DNA from: Sarea resinae
Taxonomy: Eukaryota
Direction: 5' to 3'
Assembly: GCA_026026165.1 (NCBI GenBank)
Contig: JAPEUD010000005.1
Location: 186,001 to 250,000 of the forward strand
DNA length: 64,000 nucleotides
The translations under genes were made by a program, and so were the position numbers. How positions within the stretch are numbered: the stretch's first letter is position 1; every line of letters begins with the position of its first letter. Shown one piece after another: positions 61,711 through 64,000 of this stretch. The notes beneath the pieces are model-generated. The model was not told the origin of the DNA, ran no database searches, and was given only the letters and a program-made list of their open reading frames with translations.

Positions 61711-63690
61711 TCATCTGATTATCACAGTCTCGTCCCTCTGCCCTATGTCAATAGCTTTGTATCGAACCTCCCACCTCACAGCCCCTTGCTCATCTTTACC
61801 GTGCGTCGTTCCTGCTTCGCCGAATCTCTGGGTCCCAATTCTAAGTGTGGGCACAGCAATAACGCCCCCACCGTCTGCTTCTGTTCTCGCTATGACAGGC
61901 AATGTCCACCGTACCTTGCCAGGCGCGGCGGCTTTCAGTAGCGTGTCGAATAGCTTTAATTGCTGGGCAGACAGCGAAAGACGGAATGGTTTTAGGTCAG
62001 AGGGGAAGAAGGTACGGAGGACGAGGGCCTGGGAGGTGGGGTTGTAGATCCGGATCCAGAAGCGGTTGTCGAAGAGGTGGAAGGGCGTCCAGTAGGGATG
62101 AGATGCCGAGGTTGTTGTGCTTGGGTCTTTGGGGGCGGGTTCGTGCAGAGAGAGGGTAGGATGAGGAGAGGAAGTTGTGGCTGGTATGGTGATGGATGGT
62201 GCAGTGCCAGCTTTGTAGGGCTGGCGTGTTAGCATCCAGACGTACTTGTCGTCGAGGGATATTGATTTCATCCGCGAGGGTTTGTTGTCCTCAGGTGAGG
62301 CGACAAGAGGGCAGTATAGACGCCGGAAAGAAACACCTGCGGCCGTAAAGGAGGGCGGGAGAAAATGGCGCTCGAGGTCCAAGATTTCTGGGTCGTTCGT
62401 GTCGGGGAATATAGCACTGACAGGCACACGGAGATTTTCTAGTTCGACGGTCTTTTGAGGAGAGACAAGATCCACGACTCGACGTATGACGTGCGAGGCT
62501 ATGGGTTGGGCTTCTCTTCTTTTCCGCTCGCGAAAGGAGAAGGGGATTTTGAAGCTTTTGATTGCGTTTTTGGGGAATCGGACGACGAGGCCGCCGACAC
62601 GCGCATCGAAGACTTCGATATCGCAACTTTGGAAGGCCTTCTGGACGCTGCTGTCCCTTTGAATTGATTTGTTATGCATCCGTAATGAGAGGGCGACGAG
62701 AGAGTCCTTGCTTAGAGCTTCTGGGAGACGGTGCTGCTCGAGGAGGTAGCGCACGGCGTTGCGTCTGGTGAGGGTTCTGTCTTTATTGGTGGAGTCCTCG
62801 ACCCATCGAGTGCCGGTTGCACGGCACGTTGCCTCGAGCCTGTTTTTACTGAAGCTAAGAAGAGGTCGGTGAATTGTGATCCCTCCCTTTTCCATCTCCA
62901 TCGACGGAGGACTTTCGGGCGTATCCTTCTGTTCCGTGACCACCTCGTTCCTTAGATCGAAGCGCGGGTTCTGTGACCACCCCCCACTCTGGTATACCCC
63001 GTGGATGCCATAGCACTCTGGTATGTTGGCTGAGCGTACTATCCCCTGCAACGATAAACCCTTGTGGCCCGTAGCGATTCGCATCAGCACCGTCTCCGCC
63101 TGGTCATCTTCATGGTGTCCTAGAAATAGCTCTGAGATGTTGTGATCTCGACATGCGCAACCTAATGCCTGATACCGCAGCGTTCGTGCCTGCGATTCGA
63201 AATTGGATAGTTCGGAGGGATGAACGCCGTCAGGCCAGTGTATGGTGAGAATTTCCGATTTCAGTCCTGTCATCGATGGTTAGACACACTTTCCAGACCG
63301 ACAGAAGAGGGTGTCCGCACCCAATCTGCGTAAATTCGAGGCGACACGCTTAGCCTCAATGTCACTGCCTTCCCTGGCACCATGATCGACTATAAAAGCC
63401 CTGGCATACTGGGCAACGTGTGGGTATCCTGACGTGCGGAGGTTTCGGTAAAGCACCGCAAGGGCCATTGAGTCGACTCCTCCGCTGATGGCTAGACCTG
63501 CAGAAGAACACAATCGCGATTAGCAAGCTCATCCACCCCGTATCTTTTCCAAGAGCAGCATACCTAGCCTCCATGGCGTCTCACTCCGCCCCTTCCAGAG
63601 AGACCTATAGGCATTCTGAAATTCCTTGGCCGTGATAGGTAGATGCCGGAGCTTTGAAAAGCCCTTCACGGGCTTCATCCTCGATGTCAT
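61711..63690 (-). CDS. tilS: tRNA(Ile)-lysidine synthetase-like PP-loop ATPase, probably mitochondrial (3 exons)
   Basis: PP-loop AISGGVDSMAL plus IVDHGAREGS, ARTLRY, LGHHEDDQAETVLMR, RPLL and WVEDSTN...RNAVR. Introns 63498-63563 and 63267-63320. The basic, acid-free N-terminus resembles a presequence. Confidence 0.88.
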
Positions 63691-64000
63691 ATATGAGACA
63701 TAGCCAGAAGAGATCCAGTCCAGCTAACGGAGACCGCCAGAGAGATTCTCACGAGAACGTCGAAGAGTAAGCATGGCGTCTATGGCGTCCATGGCGTCCA
63801 TTGATGGCCGAAGTATGGTCAAGGCTTAGCGTCATTGTTGACTCGACTCCTTCTAGAACGATTCTGCCGACATCATCCTCCGAGCCCAACCACCACACAA
63901 TAACCCCACCACGCACTCATCTCTGCTATATTCACTGGCCCTGCACTATGCCATTTGAATCTAACGACGATTGTTCGCATTCGTCGTCCGCAGCTTCAGC

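Noticed and set aside
1..64000. tRNA/rRNA genes, telomeric arrays, readthrough-encoded PTS1 signals
   Set aside because: None recognised by eye. The stop contexts I checked lacked TGA-CTA with a downstream SKL-like end. tRNAscan-SE and Infernal would be needed to exclude small RNAs.

Overview
Eukaryotic nuclear DNA from a filamentous ascomycete (Pezizomycotina; inferred from short GT-AG introns, mostly 47-100 nt, with CTRAY branch sites and from the gene families present). I reconstructed 19 intact protein-coding genes by hand, one truncated at the left edge. They include HRD1, NMNAT, PEX6, PSO2/SNM1, LSM2, MDE1, a TilS-like PP-loop enzyme, an RGS-LOV photoreceptor, a PTH11-like membrane protein, two MFS transporters, an amino-acid permease, a FAD monooxygenase, a lipase, a DUF3431 protein, an SH3BGR/thioredoxin-fold protein, a conserved unknown nuclear protein and an orphan Cys-rich secreted protein. 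Two gene-poor stretches (about 0.5-4.6 kb and 43.8-49.5 kb) look like decayed coding DNA. The second holds recognisable broken zinc-finger genes and RIP-like TpA-rich sequence. No rRNA, tRNA, CRISPR or intact transposon was recognised. The best candidates for novelty are: (i) the secreted protein at 4609-5835, whose knottin-like Cys motif is split by a ~230-aa segment bounded by dibasic sites; (ii) the zinc-finger relic island; (iii) an RGS-LOV protein with an acidic post-LOV linker; (iv) an in-frame transmembrane N-terminal extension on MDE1; (v) a recurrent TACTCCGGAGTA palindrome. All family calls come from motif recognition by eye; no database searches were run.
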